A DNA stretch of 64,000 nt, taken from the NCBI RefSeq assembly GCF_009914755.1, contig NC_060944.1. One strand, given 5' to 3'. Positions 29,669 through 44,633 of this stretch are shown here, piece by piece (within the stretch, counting starts at the first letter, position 1; each line of letters opens with the position of its first letter). The notes under the pieces were generated by a model, which was given only the letters and a program-made list of their open reading frames with translations, was not told the DNA's origin and did not search any database. The translations under genes were made by a program, and so were the position numbers. Origin of the DNA: the human T2T-CHM13v2.0 reference genome, Homo sapiens.

Positions 29669-31104
29669 ACTCTATGTCCTCCATTTCAAATGCAGGGAGA
29701 GTCTCTCAGTTTAAACCGTAAGTGCCCTTCCCAACTCGGCAGACCCGCCCCAGTGAAGAGCATTTTCATGACTTGGGAACAGGACACTCACCTTGCCACT
29801 AGGCAGGACTGTACTCACTGGCTCGGGGGGCGCCCAGGCAGGAGACAAAGCATTTTCCCATGGCATATGGATGGCTTCCGTGTGCTGCATGACTGGGCAG
29901 TGTGAGAAAAACGCAACCCCCAGTGACTGCTGTAGAGGACAATTCAGCCAAAAATCAAACTGCCACTGTCATCTGCTGAGACCTTGATTTCCCAGGGCCT
30001 GGTGGTGCTGAAATACTCAGAACATCCTGAATGAATGAATGTCCACTTCCTTCACCAGCTCTGTGCTGGGGAGGGGGCAGGGCCTGCGTCTGATCAGGAG
30101 CTCCTCCCCCGGGGACCAGCCTGGAACCCCTTATAGCGATCAGGAGACACAGGAGACACCCTGAATGACGACACTGAGCTCTTTCCAATCTCTTGCTTGT
30201 CCCAGCGAGTACAGTGAGCACATCTTTCCCTGTGCTCTGGGCAAACCCCTGCGGCAGCAGCTCCTACCGTGAAATTGGTGTTTCTGGGTCACAGGGTTTG
30301 TGCCTTTGTGATTTTGTTGCTATTGCCAAATACCCTCTGCAGAATTGTGCCAAGGCACCTCCCCACCAGCCTGAGCATTTGCAGTGAAACGCTTTAGCAA
30401 TCCTGACATTTCTGCCAGCATATTCCACAGCATGCTCTCTTTGCCACATTAATCAACAGGAGCTCAGAGGAAAACTTGAACTTCAGGCTGAGCCATTTCC
30501 TGCAATCTGAAAAATGAACGTGGCCTTCGGACACAGGGTGGTCCCTTGCCAGGGACTGGATGGAACTGGTTCAATTCCCCGCTCCTGGGCTTCCTGGTGT
30601 GCAACGTGAGCCATGCTCACCCCAGGGTGGCTGGGAAAAAACGCCGGTCCGCTCTGAGCATTCGTTTCAGTGATGGCTGTTCTTGTTCACGTGAGATGTG
30701 CCAACTCTACAATACTAAACCGTTGGGAGAAGCTTCAAGGGGACAGCACCTGGGGAGGGGCAGTGGCGGGCTCCAGGTTGCCCAAGGCTGTCATGGAGAG
30801 GAGGAGACCCCAGTCCAGCCCAGCCTTGTGCCTGCAGTGGAGGTTCCAGTTGTGAAGGGGCTCCAAGTGCCTTGTTTCATCCTTTGCTTGATAATGAACC
30901 ACCTCTGCCAGGTGCCAGCTGTACTGTGCACCTGCAGCTCCACACCCTCTAGGCACCAGCCCCTCCACTCTTTGGCCTCTTCGACAGGGAACCCCGAGGG
31001 GACAGTGGAGCAGGCCTGGGGCTGTTCCAGGCAGCAGGGGGGCGCCTGGGTCAGCGTCCCCACCCGCTGCCCACCCCGGCCTTCCAACTTGCTGTGTGCA
31101 CATT

Positions 31105-31562
31105 AACAACATGGACGGTCTTTTTCTTTTATTATAAAAGTGATTCATTCTCTTGTGAAGATTTAAATATGAAAGAGTGGATCTCCGCTAATCCCACCCG
31201 GTGATGATAGCAGCCGACAGATGGGCGAGCATAGAGCTCAGACATTGCCAGCAGCGTCAGATCCTTATATATCCAGAGCACGGCTCACACGCCACCGCCC
31301 TGCTGGCTCTGTCAGCCGCACGGTCCTCCGCGACACCTGGGGCTCTCCCTCCTTCCTTTGTGTGCACAACCTCAAAGCCATTTTTTCCAGACTTGGCGTG
31401 AAGATGATTTTCTGACACGTTGATGCTTCTGAAGCACAAGGAGGGCCCTGTCTCCACGGTGTCCAAGCGGAGGCTGACATCCTTTCAGGAGGGAGGTGAT
31501 TCGGGCGCAGCTGGGCTGGCGGGAGGCATGGAGGCTGAGTCCCCTTCCTCACTGCTCTCTAC
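31105..31562 (-). ncRNA. LINC00659: Candidate terminal exon of a minus-strand lncRNA (likely LINC00659)
   Basis: Minus-strand acceptor tggtttcttctccAG at 31563 and minus-strand AATAAA at 31128-31133. Identity rests on recalled gene order (between NTSR1 and MRGBP); boundaries are inferred. Confidence 0.4.
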
Positions 31563-32659
31563 CTGGAGAAGAAACCACCAGACCATGAGGCCGAGCTGGG
31601 GAAAGTTCCGGGGGGCTGCTTGGGCTCTGTGCTCCCTCCACTGGGGCAGGCGGAGGGCCCTGCATGCTCCTTCCAGGCAGGGGCTGAGGGGACTGTGGAA
31701 GCCACGACAGGGGTCTGTGTGAACAGAAGACCCAAGGACAAGGTGCCCCAGCACTCCCAGCCACTAGCAAGGACAGGCAATTTTCAAAACTTCTCCCCAA
31801 ACTACAACCTCAGGAAAAGGGGTGGAGAAAACTCCTTTGACAGAGATTTGGTTTTCACCACCATGACAGGACAATGATGATGGATGGAAGCTGTGGCTGG
31901 GCGTGGGAAGGCTGAGTGTGCAAATGTGGGTGGAGTTCTGAGGCCCCGCCCCCGCCAGTCTTCCACTTGGTCCCTGTGAGGACCCACATGAGGGAAGTGT
32001 TGCTTCTGGCCTCAGAACCCAAGGCAGAGCAGGCTGGAGTCCCACCCCATGGATCACGAGCCCACACTGTGACCCTGAGTCCTGGACATGCGCAGAGGGA
32101 GGGTGTGCACGAGCCCGGGAGCTCCTGTCTCTGTCTTAAGAGTGGAGCATGTCTTAAGAGCTGGCATGAGGATCAGAGGGTCCCTTCAGTGCGGCCTTCT
32201 AGAAGAACTACAGCAACCAGGCCCTCGCAGGGGGGAGATGCACCTGCTGGGGCTAAGGAGCGAGTGAAGCCAGCCCCTGAGACACATGCTCCCAACCCCA
32301 TCCTCACCTCCCAAGAGAGGGGGAGCCTCCTGTTAAGCATCCAAGTCCCAAGTCACCGGCCGGCATCGGCTGCAGCTCTCTGTGTGTGGAGACATCTCAT
32401 TCTGGTGTCTTCTTTACACAGGTCAGCGCTCACAGGCTCGGCTGTGTCTCAAGACCCAATTCCTTCGAGTCACTGAGATGCCCAAGGACAAGGGCAACAG
32501 AGAGTGTGAAAAGCTGGAGTAGACAGGACAGAAAACAGGGTGCAGCGTCCCCCAGGTTGGCAGATAGCCCAGCCCCAGGGACCCCACAGCCATGGCAACC
32601 TGTGTGAATGAGCCCCAGGAGCAGGGCAGTACACGGTCTGCGCGACTGTGCGGGGCAGC

Positions 32660-32890
32660 CCTGGGTCTCTGCCTCAGGGGAGAGATTGTGTCCTCGCCTT
32701 TTGTGGTTTCTAGAGGCTCCTGCCCTCCTTGGCTGCACGGCATCTCCCAGCCTCTCTCTCCCTTCCGTCGTCCCCTCTCCTCCTCTGACCCTGACCCTCC
32801 CAGTCCCTCTTAGAGGGGCTGTGATTAAACTGTGCCCACCCTGACCATCCAGAATAATCTCCCATCTCAAGGTCCTTAACAGCATGTGGA
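32660..32890 (-). mobile_element. MLT1-type MaLR LTR fragment
   Basis: ttctagaggctcctgcc...gtgattaaactgtgcccacc...ataatctcccatctcaaggtccttaac. Confidence 0.6.
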
Positions 32891-33944
32891 ACTGCATTAG
32901 CCGCCCCAAGGCCCCCAAAAGGCAACCCTGGATTGGGCCCCCCAAGTTGCCTGGGATTCATGGCCACCACCCGGCTCGACGGCTCCAGACCGAAATGCAC
33001 CCAGTTATAGAAACAGACAGTTGCCTCTTGAATGTGCACATGTGTGAAGAGAGTGTCACACCCGTCGAATTAAGGTGGACCCGCCATGAGTGGGGGCAAT
33101 GCTGGCCAATGCCCACCTGCCCAGCACCCACAGCTCTCGGCCTGGGGCTCCCTCTGTCTCTGGAGCCCGCACTAAAGTGTGCGTCTCCATCCACGACTGG
33201 CAGGGCTTGGGGCATAGACATCCCGCTGCCTTGCCTGGAGGCGCCCCAGGCCTCCACTCCCACACTGTCTCAGGGCTCCCCGGGGCTCGGCTCTCCTTGC
33301 TCACAGTGGTCCGGGCTGGGGTTCCTTCTTGGTTGCATTTCCAGCTGTGTTCTTTCCTTCACTTTCTCACTCTCCCTTGCCTCAGGGTCTGCATCTGGGG
33401 GTCCACTGGGGAGGACTCAGCCTCTCCCGCATCCTCCATCCCACACACCTGTCCCTGGGCAGCCACGGGGAACAGGAGCACAGGGGACAGCAGGCAGAGG
33501 GCAGCGCCCGGGTGAAGGGGACTTTCGCCCTTGCTTCATGCAGCCCTGGCACCCGCAGCAGGGTAAGACGAGATCCCAGAGGAGGAGTCTTGGCCGCAGA
33601 ACTGCAGGGCCAAGGCACCAGCCGCTCGGGGGCCTGGAGAGCTCAGGTCACAAACTTGAAGTCAGCTGCCCAGGAAGCAGCCTCAGCTGGGGGTCACAGG
33701 CCAACTGGGCAGTGCCCTTGGCCACACCTGTGGAAGGAGGACAGAGGAGGGCAGGGCGGAGGAGGGAGGTGCTGGGCTGCAATGTCACCTCTACAGACCT
33801 CGGCTGATCCCAAGGGGGTCCACAGTGGATATGGTCCTTCAGGGGTGCCCTTGAAGGCAGGAAGGGGACAGGACTTTATACTGTTCCTCCCACCCCTTCA
33901 AGCAGTCACCAACTGCAGCCCAGATGAGGTCAACAGGTACAGAA

Positions 33945-34330
33945 AGGAGGGGGTGGGACAGGAAGGAGGGGCGGGACAGGAAGGAGGGGGCGGGACAGGA
34001 AGGAGGGGCAGGACAGGAAGGAGAGGGTGGGACAGGAAGGAGGGGCGGGACAGGAAGGAGGGGGCGGGACAGGAGGAGGAGATGGGAACAGGGAGGTGGA
34101 ACGGGAAGGAGGAAATGGGACAGGAAGGAAGAGATGGGAGCAGGAAGGAGATAGGACTGGAAGGAGGAGATGGGACTGGAAGGAGGAAATGGGACAGGAA
34201 GGAGGAGATGAGGCAGGAAGGAGGAGATGAGGCAGGAAGGAGATGAGGCAGGAAGGAGGAGATGAGGCAGGAAGGAGGAGATGAGGCAGAAAGGAGGAGA
34301 TGGGACGGAAAGGAGGGGATAGGACAGAAA
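33945..34330. repeat. GA-rich minisatellite (ggacaggaaggagg / gagatgaggcaggaag units)
   Basis: Directly visible. Confidence 0.9.
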
Positions 34331-34721
34331 CGAGGGGTCAGGGTCCTATTCTAATCTCCTGGGGGCATGATTGCAGGGGGTGACATGATTACTTCCAGCC
34401 AGCCCTACATGAGCCACCTCGTCCATGGAGTCAGCCCCGCCAGGGCAGCAGAGCCCTGGGTTCGCACAGGGAGCCAGGGTGGCGTGGGGCCTGCATTGCA
34501 GACTCCATTTGTCCACATCAATCACTTCTCTACGGCCCAAATCACCCTTAGTTGCCCAGTTCCTGCTCCGCGGCAGTCTGGCTCCTGCTGGCGCCCCAGC
34601 CATCTGTCTGCATTAGAGAATGATGCTTGCCAGGGCCTCAGGGAGGTGGCACGGATGGGCAACACTGTGCTCCCGGACCAGGTGACAGACACCACCTCAT
34701 GCCCCACGGCATGGACCTCCA

Positions 34722-35410
34722 CCTGTCTGATGGCTTTGCCCCAGCCTATCTGATGGCATGGTCCCTGGCCAGTCTATCTAATGGCGTGGTCCCCAGCATG
34801 TCTGATGGCGTGGTCCCCAGCCTGCCTGATGGCGTGGTCCCCAGCCTGTCTGATGGCATGGTCCCCGGCCTGTCTGATGGCGTGGTCCCCAGTCTGTCTG
34901 ATGGCGTGGTCCCCGGCCTGTCTGATGGCGTGGTCCCCGGCCTGTCTGATGGCGTGGTCCCCGGTCTGTCTGATGGTGTGGTCCCCAGCCTGTCTGATGG
35001 TGTGGTCCCCGGCCTGTCTGATGGCTTGGTCCCTGGTCTATTTGATGGTGTGGTCCCCAGCCTGTCTGAAGGTGTGGTCCCCAGCCTGTCTGATGGCGTG
35101 GTCCCCGGCCTGTCTGATGGCTTGGTCCCTGGTCTATTTGATGGTGTGGTCCCCAGCCTATCTGAAGGTGTGGTCCCCGACCTATCTATCTGATGGTGTG
35201 GTCCCCAGCCTGTCTGATGGCGTTGTCCCCGGCTTGTCTGATGGCATGGTCCCCGGCTTGTCTGATGGCATGGTCCCCAGCCTGTCTGATGGCATGGTCC
35301 TCAGCCTATCTGATGGTGTGGTTGGTGTGGTCCCCAGCCTATCTATCTGATGGTGTGGTTCCCTGGCCTATTCGATGGTGTGGTCCCCAGCCTGTCTGAT
35401 GGGGTGGTCC
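34722..35410. repeat. 24-bp minisatellite, ~28 copies
   Basis: Unit ctgatggcgtggtcccc(a/g)gcctgt. Confidence 0.95.
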
Positions 35411-36681
35411 TCTGTTGGCTGGTGTGATCCTGCCTCTTGTCTCACATCGTGAACCCTGGCCTGCAGGAGGTGACCCAAGGCTGATGACTCCTTCTCCAGG
35501 GCCCTTGCACCACACAGCCTGGCCCTGATTACAGCCCCTGGGCTCCTGTACCTGTCCTCGCAGCCCCCACTCTGCCACTTTGCATTTGTCTGTTTCACTC
35601 AACACACATTTAATGAGCACCTACTGTGTGTACCAAGCCCAGTGGGGAACAGCACATCAATGAGGCTGGTGCGGAAGGCCTTGGGTACCCCCCGTCTGGC
35701 TCCCCGCCCCAGCGCATGAGGCTGCCTCTCTGGGTCTCGGATGCCCACACCGCAGTGTCTGGGAGAAGGCCTGGAAGCCTGCATTTGGGCAGTGGCTCTG
35801 GGGCCCGGCCTTGCTGGCTTCCGGTGGCCCCAGGCAATGACTCCTCCCTGTCTCCATTTACAGATGGGGAGAGGAGCTGAGGAGGGTGGGCCCGTGACCC
35901 TGAGTGGCCAGTTCATTCCCCAGGCCCTGACTGGTGCAGCAAGAAAGAGAATCCGCCTTGGGTTGGGGGATGTGGCATGAACTTTAAGATCCACCCTTTT
36001 CCACCCTGGGATCCTGGCCCCCGTCCCGCATCCCAGCCCCAGCCAGGACAGCCCCTGGCCACACCTTCTCGGCACATCAAGAGTCATGAGAGGCAGCGTC
36101 TGCCACCAGGAGGCCTCGTCCCACCGGGCCACCTGGCCAGGGCAGCTGCGACAGGAGGCAGAGCTGAGGCCCTGAGCCCTCCTCTGCCCATTCCCAGCTC
36201 ACCCTCAGGGTTCTAGCCCTGTGTCGCTGCCCCTCTGATCCAAAAACTTGCCACAGGTCCCCTCCCTGCCATGCTGCCCTCTGAGTGACACCCACCCCCT
36301 GCAGCCCCCACAGCCCCCACCTTCCCTTCAGAAAGCAGGAGCTGTTGGCCCCGGGGCCCCGCCCACAGGCCACGGTGTCAGTGGTGGCTGAAGTCCGCCG
36401 TGCTCACCAATCCTCTGCAGTCTCGCCCCTGCAACAGCACTTGAGGAAGGAACTGGCCACGCAGCCTTTCATGAGGTGGGAAACTGAGGCTCAAGGGTGT
36501 CTGTACTTTGAACTGGACCACCCCGCTGTGAGAAGGAGCAGGGCAGAGACTGGGAGCACCCACCCTCCCGCACCCTGTGTGCTGACATGAGCTCATCCCT
36601 GCTGCTGCAGGGCCAGAGAGACAGACGGACAGTTTGACGGTGGTCCCTGGAAGGGTCGACACAAATGAAAAAATTTTTTAA

Positions 36682-37080
<399 letters not shown>

Positions 37081-38250
37081 AAATGTGGGTAAATCTTTTT
37101 AAAAGCTGAATAAGCCCCCTGCCTGGGCACAAGCCAGGGATGTCTTTCCCAGGGGCAGGATGCACCATCTTTGAAACGTGGACATCAAGGAAGGCGGCAC
37201 CTGCCTCCCCGCTCCCTGCCCAAGGCCAGGAGCCCGACTTTGGCGGGCGCAGTGCTTCAGAACCACCTCCCGTCGTAGAGACACAAGGAGTTTGTTTTTC
37301 CTTTGGATAAAGCCAATTAGCTGGCACAGATGGTCACCCCAGTCCCCAGGTGGATGTGCGGTGGCGTCTGTGTGACAAATGGTGCCGCCAAGCCGTCCCA
37401 CGGGAAGACGAGCTCCTGTTTGTCTTTCAAGGAGAGATGCACGTAGCGGACTGCATCCGCCCGGCTGTGTGCAGGCTGAGATTTCTCTCTGTCTTTGCAA
37501 ACTCTCAGCAGCTTGCACGTCGTGCACCTGGCATCCTGGTTTGATGCTCAATCAATGGCAAAACGGGTTTCTTTCTTTTCTGCCTTAGTGGAGAGGTCTG
37601 GGGGTTAGCAAGAGATTTTGTTTTTAATTGTATTTCTCCAACACCCCATGAGATGCTCCAACTCCATGTGACTAGGAAGGGGCAAGGGAGGAAACCTGTG
37701 GAGTCCCCTGCACAGGACGCTGTCTCCGCCCTGCTATGACGCTGTCTCCGCCCTGCTACCATGCTTATTCCTGGCTGCTGCTTTGCTGTTGACTCTCACA
37801 GGCAGATGAGGCGTCTGCTCAGAGAAGAGCCCAGGTGCCACCGAGGGAATGCAACGTGCCACACCCCAAGACATGACACTTGTGAGAACAGTGTGGCCCA
37901 GCCCCCACTCCGGGCACAGCCTCGGACACCCTGCCCGCCTCCGCCCATGGAGGTGCGGCCTGCAAAGCGTACCTGCCGCCGCCTTCCCATCCCTCGGGAA
38001 AGCCAGCCTCATGTCCAGTCTAAGGAGAATTCTAAGGGATGCTGCCAGCCACCTGCAGGCTCCGGGCTGAGCTCAAGGGAGGGGCCAAGGGCGGCTTTAA
38101 AAGGTCTTCACTGATCACTTGCCAAGAAGCCCAAAATAGCTTCCCAATCTACCAGCCTCCATGTGCGCCGTGACCGGGACATGTTCTGAGTCTTGTCTTT
38201 TCATTTTTTGGGTTTTTCAAAAGTATACAACTTATAAATAAGAGTATAAA

Positions 38251-38536
38251 GCCTGGCGTGGTGGTTCACGCCTGTAATCCCAACACTTTAGGAGGCCGAG
38301 GCAGGTGGATCACGAGGTCAGGAGTTCAAGACCAGCATGGCCAAGATGGTGAAACCCTGTCTCTACCAAAACACAAAAAAATAGCCGGGAGTGATGGCGG
38401 GCGTCTGTAATCCCAGCTACTCGGGAGGCTGAGGCAGAGAATTGCTTAAACCTTGGAGGCGGAGGTTGCAGTGAGCCAAGATCACGCCACTGCACTCCAG
38501 CTTGGGTGACAGAGTGAGATTCCGTCTCAAAAAAAG
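38251..38536 (+). mobile_element. AluS element
   Basis: Alu consensus; agtataa on both sides. Confidence 0.92.
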
Positions 38537-38714
38537 TATAATTTCCAGTAGGTAACACGTGCACGTGGAGCCACACACAGGAGGCAAAAGCAAAGTCCAC
38601 GTCCTCCCAGCCCCAGGCCTCTTCCTCAAGGCAGCCCTGGGAGGCGTTTACATGCTCCTAGAGGGATGGGACAACCTGGTCCCTCCTCTCCCACCTACGG
38701 ACAATTTGTCCCTT

Positions 38715-39611
<897 letters not shown>

Positions 39612-39722
39612 CCTTCTCCCTGCCCAGCACCGGCGCCGAGGTCTCTTCATCTCACTGCAGCACAGAGCTCTTTCCCCATGAGACTCAGCACCGCCTCCTG
39701 CCGAGAGAGGCAGCTTAGTGTC

Positions 39723-40307
39723 TGTGGGAAGCAGAATGCCAGCATCCCAATCCCTTCATGTGCTACCATGACGTGTGGCGGGGGAAGGAGACTTGGCAGC
39801 TGTGGTTAAGGTGAAGGTGGGGGACAATCCTGGATTCCCCAGTGAGCCCAGCGTATGAACCCTTAAAAGAGAGCGCATTGGCCAGCTTCTCCCTGGAGGC
39901 CGAGCCATAAGGCAGGAGGCGGAGGCAGAGAGAGTCGAGGTAAGGACATGACCTGGTTTTGCTCTGAAGATGGAGGATGGAGCCGTGAGCCAGAGAACGG
40001 AGCAGCCTCCAGAAGCTGGGAGCAGCCTTTGGCCAACAGCCAGCAAGGATGTGGGACCCAGGTCCTGCAACTGTAGGGCCTGGATTCTGACAACAGCTTG
40101 TCAGAGCAGGAAGCCAGTTCTTCCTGGAGCCTCCCAGCAAGAACCCTGCTGGCTGAAACCTCAATTTCAGCCTCATGAGACCTTGAACAGAAAAACCAGA
40201 AGAACCCGCGAGAACCTCTGACCTCCAGAGCATGAGATGAAAAATGGACGTTGGTTTACGCTGCTACATTTGTTATAATTTGTCCCAGCAGCAGTGGGAA
40301 ACACACA
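39723..40307 (+). mobile_element. MLT1-type MaLR LTR
   Basis: tgtgggaagcagaatg...ttgttataatttgtcccagcagcagtgggaaac. Confidence 0.75.
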
Positions 40308-40851
40308 GTATCCCCCTTGCCTGCTCTGCTGATAGAAAGGTACATTGTTTTCAACCTTCTGCTATGAAGAAAGCTTTGCATTAACTCTCCTTGCTCATAT
40401 GCACATGGAGTGGAGGACAAATCTGCTGTCAAGCCCTGAATTGGGTTTTTGAGACACTGTCCGTCCAAACACCCACAGTGTGCCCCTGTGCAGAGGCTAT
40501 GCGTACACAAGGCCCCACCATCCACAGGACGACAGAGGCTGGCTTGGCCAGCCCAAGACCATCCGGCCCCCCAGGAGCTGCCTGACTCCAGGAGCTCGTA
40601 GGCCATGCCCGGGCTCCCCCTGGGCAGGCTGCCTCCTGGGTCTGAGTGGGGAACAGGAAGGCCTCAGCCTCTCAGGTCAACAGAAAGTTTGTGCTCAGAT
40701 GGGCTGAATGTTCCGGGTCCATTTCCTCCTCAAGCCCAGAAGGGTTTGCTTTGCAGGAACCTGTTCCAAGTGATTTCGAAGTACTCAAAGGCTCTTTGGT
40801 GGATGTGTCAGGATCCCAATTCCTGAAATAAGAAAGTTGTGTCAAAAATCA

Positions 40852-41160
<309 letters not shown>

Positions 41161-42177
41161 AAAGGAACTGGCCTGGCCCAACATCCTGGCCGCTGCGTCC
41201 TCCTCGCTGCAAAGTCAGATTCCTCGCTCCCGCTGTGGGGTTTCCTGGACCCCTGCCCACAGTCTGCTAAGTGCCTAACCTGGCCACTATTGGAGCCCCC
41301 GATCCCACAGAGGTGGCTGTTCAGAGAGAAGCGGTGGGCCCAGTGTTCCCCAGGCCACACTCCACAAGTAGGTGCAGGAAGAAGAGAGGTGACACTTGGG
41401 GCTGCTGGGGCTCAGCCCCTCCAGGGCCCTCAAGAGGGGTGTATAAGCCTCCCACCCAGGGGTGACGAGCTGGGTGCTCCCCACCAACACCCGCTGGCAT
41501 CAGCAGCAGCTGATCCTAGGGCATCACCTGCCCGAAAGCCAAGGAAGCCCCTTGCAGAGGGCAGCGTATCTGGCAGTGGCCACTCGGGTGGGGCCGCCTT
41601 CCTCAAGCTCCCAACCCAGCAAGGACTCCCTTGCCTCAGGCTCTCCCCTGCCTCTCTCTCAGCCGCGTGAGCACGGCTCTGGGCACCGCACCTGCACCCA
41701 GCAGAACTGTGCTAACCGGGCCAGATCTCCAGGGGCCAACACAGCCTGGCCTCTAGGACGGGCCACGCTGCGAGGGAGGGAGGCAAGTGTGGGGAGGCCG
41801 GATTCCACCTGTTTGGTTTTTGATTAGGGAATGGCAGAAACCCAGGCCTCCCGGGGCAGGGATTCAGCTCTCCTAACGGAGGCAGCCTTGGTGGGGGATA
41901 CTTTTCAGCAGGGACTCTTTTATCCCAGAGTGTTTTTGCTGTGTGCGCGATGACTGGCTCAGTTTTTGTAATAATCGTTTCCATCAGCATAGAGACAGCT
42001 GTTTATATTCTTCAACTTTGTATTATGAAAAACGTCAGACAGAAAAGTCGAGAGACTAGTATCGCATGCACCTGTGTGCACAGCATCCAGATTCAACAGT
42101 TACGAAGGGAAAATTCCACATTTTATTTTAAATTTACTAAAGACTGAAACACACCAAGTACCGCAGGAAGGATAACC

Positions 42178-42472
42178 TGGGTGGAGGAGGGATGGGGCTG
42201 GAGAGTCGGGGCACAAGGGTGAGGGGAATGGGGTGGGTGGGACAGAGGTGGGGGATGGAGGGTGGGGTAGCATGGGGTGGAGTGGGGGATGGAAGGTGGG
42301 ATGGGGCTGGGTGGGACCGGGTGGGGAGATGGAGGGTGGGGTGAGGCAGAGGTGGGGGAATTGATGGGCGGGTGGAGGTGGGTGAGGGTAGGGTGGGATG
42401 GGTGAGACATGGCAGGGATGGAGCATGGGGTGAGGCAGAGGTGAGGGGATGAAGGGCGGGGTGGGCCAGGGG
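42178..42472 (+). repeat. G-rich low-complexity tract (GGGGT/GGGAT)
   Basis: Many closely spaced G3-G5 runs. Confidence 0.85.
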
Positions 42473-44257
42473 CAGCCCCCAGTGCCCACAGCTGGAGCAG
42501 GCGAGGGGCAGGAGGGAGCGGCTGCCTGCCCCTGCGCTGGGTGGGCCCTGGGGCGCCCCCTGGCCTGCTGCCAGGTCTCCTGAAGGAGGGGTTTGTTCCC
42601 GCCTCCCGAGCCCACAGTCTGGTCTGTGTGTGCCTGTGTCTGTTGACAACTCCATGAGTGAACTGTGATACGTCAAGGCTTGGGGGAAGTGTGGGAAATG
42701 CTTGTGATTTTCTTTCTCTGTAGAAGTGGAGCAGAGAGAAAGCAGCTCCCACAGCGTGAGCGCCTGATACAGAGGAGACCCGGGGCTTGGAGGCCTTAGG
42801 CATTCACTCCAAAGACCTGAGAATTAAGGGAACGCGGCGGGGCCTCTTGCCCAGACCTGGAAGAACAGCAAGTGCTGCGAGGGCCTCTGCACCCCCTGAG
42901 GACCCCTGTGCCCTGTGAGGGCCCCTGCACCCCTGGGCCTGGGTGGAGACCCACACACAACCCCACTATTCCAGGGGAAGAGAAAGGGGCCCTGTGGGGC
43001 TTGTCAACCATCACAGACCCAGAGACTCTGGGCAGAAGCTTCTGCCTGTCACGCTCAGCCTGCGACGGCCCCACCAGGAGAGCGCAGCCGTGAGTCCCAG
43101 AGGAAGCGGCTTAAAAGGCCCCTTTCCACCAGCCGCCAAGCCCCTCCAGGCTTTGCTGAGGCCCTGAGGTAGCCAAGCAAAAACCAGCCTCACTTCCCAG
43201 GAGCTCAATCACCAGAAACTTCAGGGAAACAAAAACCCACCGGAAGACGTTTTCCCTAATTACCCAGACAAGTCAGACAAAGGCCATGTAGAGCCTTTCC
43301 CGGAGTTTCCCAGCAAGCACCGCAGCATCTGGGTTCTCACGTGGCCGTCAAGCCTGTGCACCTCCACACGGAGCTCGGGACCCACCCCCAGGGCTCCTGG
43401 AGTCAGCTCAGCCTCCGCCAGCAGGCAGGCCCCAGTGCCCACAGGCATTTCTGGGCTTGCAGGGCACAGAGCCTGATGCTTTGCTCCAGCTCCCAGCGAA
43501 TAGGAGAGGAGCCCACGTGGCTGCAGCGTGGGCAGAGGCACAAGCCCCCCACCCTGCTGGGAGCCCAGGTGGCCCAGGAGTGCTCCTAGCCTGGTCAGCT
43601 GCCCACGCCTCTGGCTTGCACTGTCTGAGGCCCTGAGAGGGAAGCCTAGCCTCCAGCTGCTTAGCCCCAAGAGGAAGGTAGGGCTCACAGGCTGGATGGG
43701 GGGTCAGACGCAGCAAGGACAAGAGGCCACTTGACTGTAGCCAGCACCTGCCTGTGTCCCAAGGCTGCAGTGTGTCCAGGAGGGCCCAACAATACCCATC
43801 TGTCTTGCCTTGGCCGCCGCCACAGCCAGCCTGACCACCCAGACCTGAGAGATTTGCTCACCAGGACACTCAACACAGCAGGCCGCAGAGCTGCCCAAGA
43901 GCCTTAAATCTGCTCCCACCTTTTCATTCTTGATCTCGGTGTAGACGTGCTCTGGAAGATGATCCATTTGGGGCATCGACACTCCTTCCTCTCGCCACTG
44001 TTTTTCTTAGTTACTGCATTATTTTCAGATGGCCGGTGGATACTTCATACCTGTAAGCAATGCACTGGAGCTGTGCTTCTTGGCTGGTGACTTCTGACTA
44101 CTCCCACGGAGGGAAAGCCTGGGTCCCCTCCCACCCGCATTCCCACCCTCATCTTTTCCTTATGTCCCCTTCACGTTGTTAAGATCTTGGACATTTGCCT
44201 TCGTTCAATCATACATTTGAGACCTCCTTTTTCGTCTATAGGATGATTCTAACTAGG

Positions 44258-44633
44258 TTATATGGTTTGGCTGTGTCCCCACCCAAATCTCATCTTGAAT
44301 TGTATCTCCCATAATCCTCACGTGTCATGGGAGGGACCCAGGGGGAGGTCACTGAATCACGGGAGCGGTTACCCAGGTTGCTGTCCTTGTGACAGTGAGT
44401 GAGCTCTCACAAGATCTGATGGTTTTATAAGGGGTTGTCCCCCTTTTGCTGGGCACTTCTCCTTCCTGCCACCGCGTGAAGAAGGACGTGTTTGCTTCCC
44501 CTTCTGCCATGATTGTAAGTTTCCTGAGGCCTCTTCAGCCCTGTGGAACTGTGAGTCACTTAAACCTCTTTCCTTTATAAATCACCCAGTCTCAGTTATA
44601 TCTTTATCAGCAGTGTGAGAACAGACTAATACA
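44258..44633 (+). mobile_element. THE1 (MaLR) solo LTR
   Basis: tatggtttggctgtgtccccacccaaatctcatcttgaattgt...gaacagactaataca; TSD ctagg/ccagg. Confidence 0.9.

Noticed and set aside
28788-29721. 298- and 259-aa overlapping ORFs
   Set aside because: Start or end in an Alu fragment; no homology recognised.
32884-34246. 307- and 305-aa ORFs
   Set aside because: No recognisable protein; partly minisatellite or LTR-derived.
34627-35350. 188- and 189-aa repetitive ORFs (SDGVVPSL / CLMAWSPA)
   Set aside because: A 24-bp unit keeps frames open automatically; no exon or promoter evidence.
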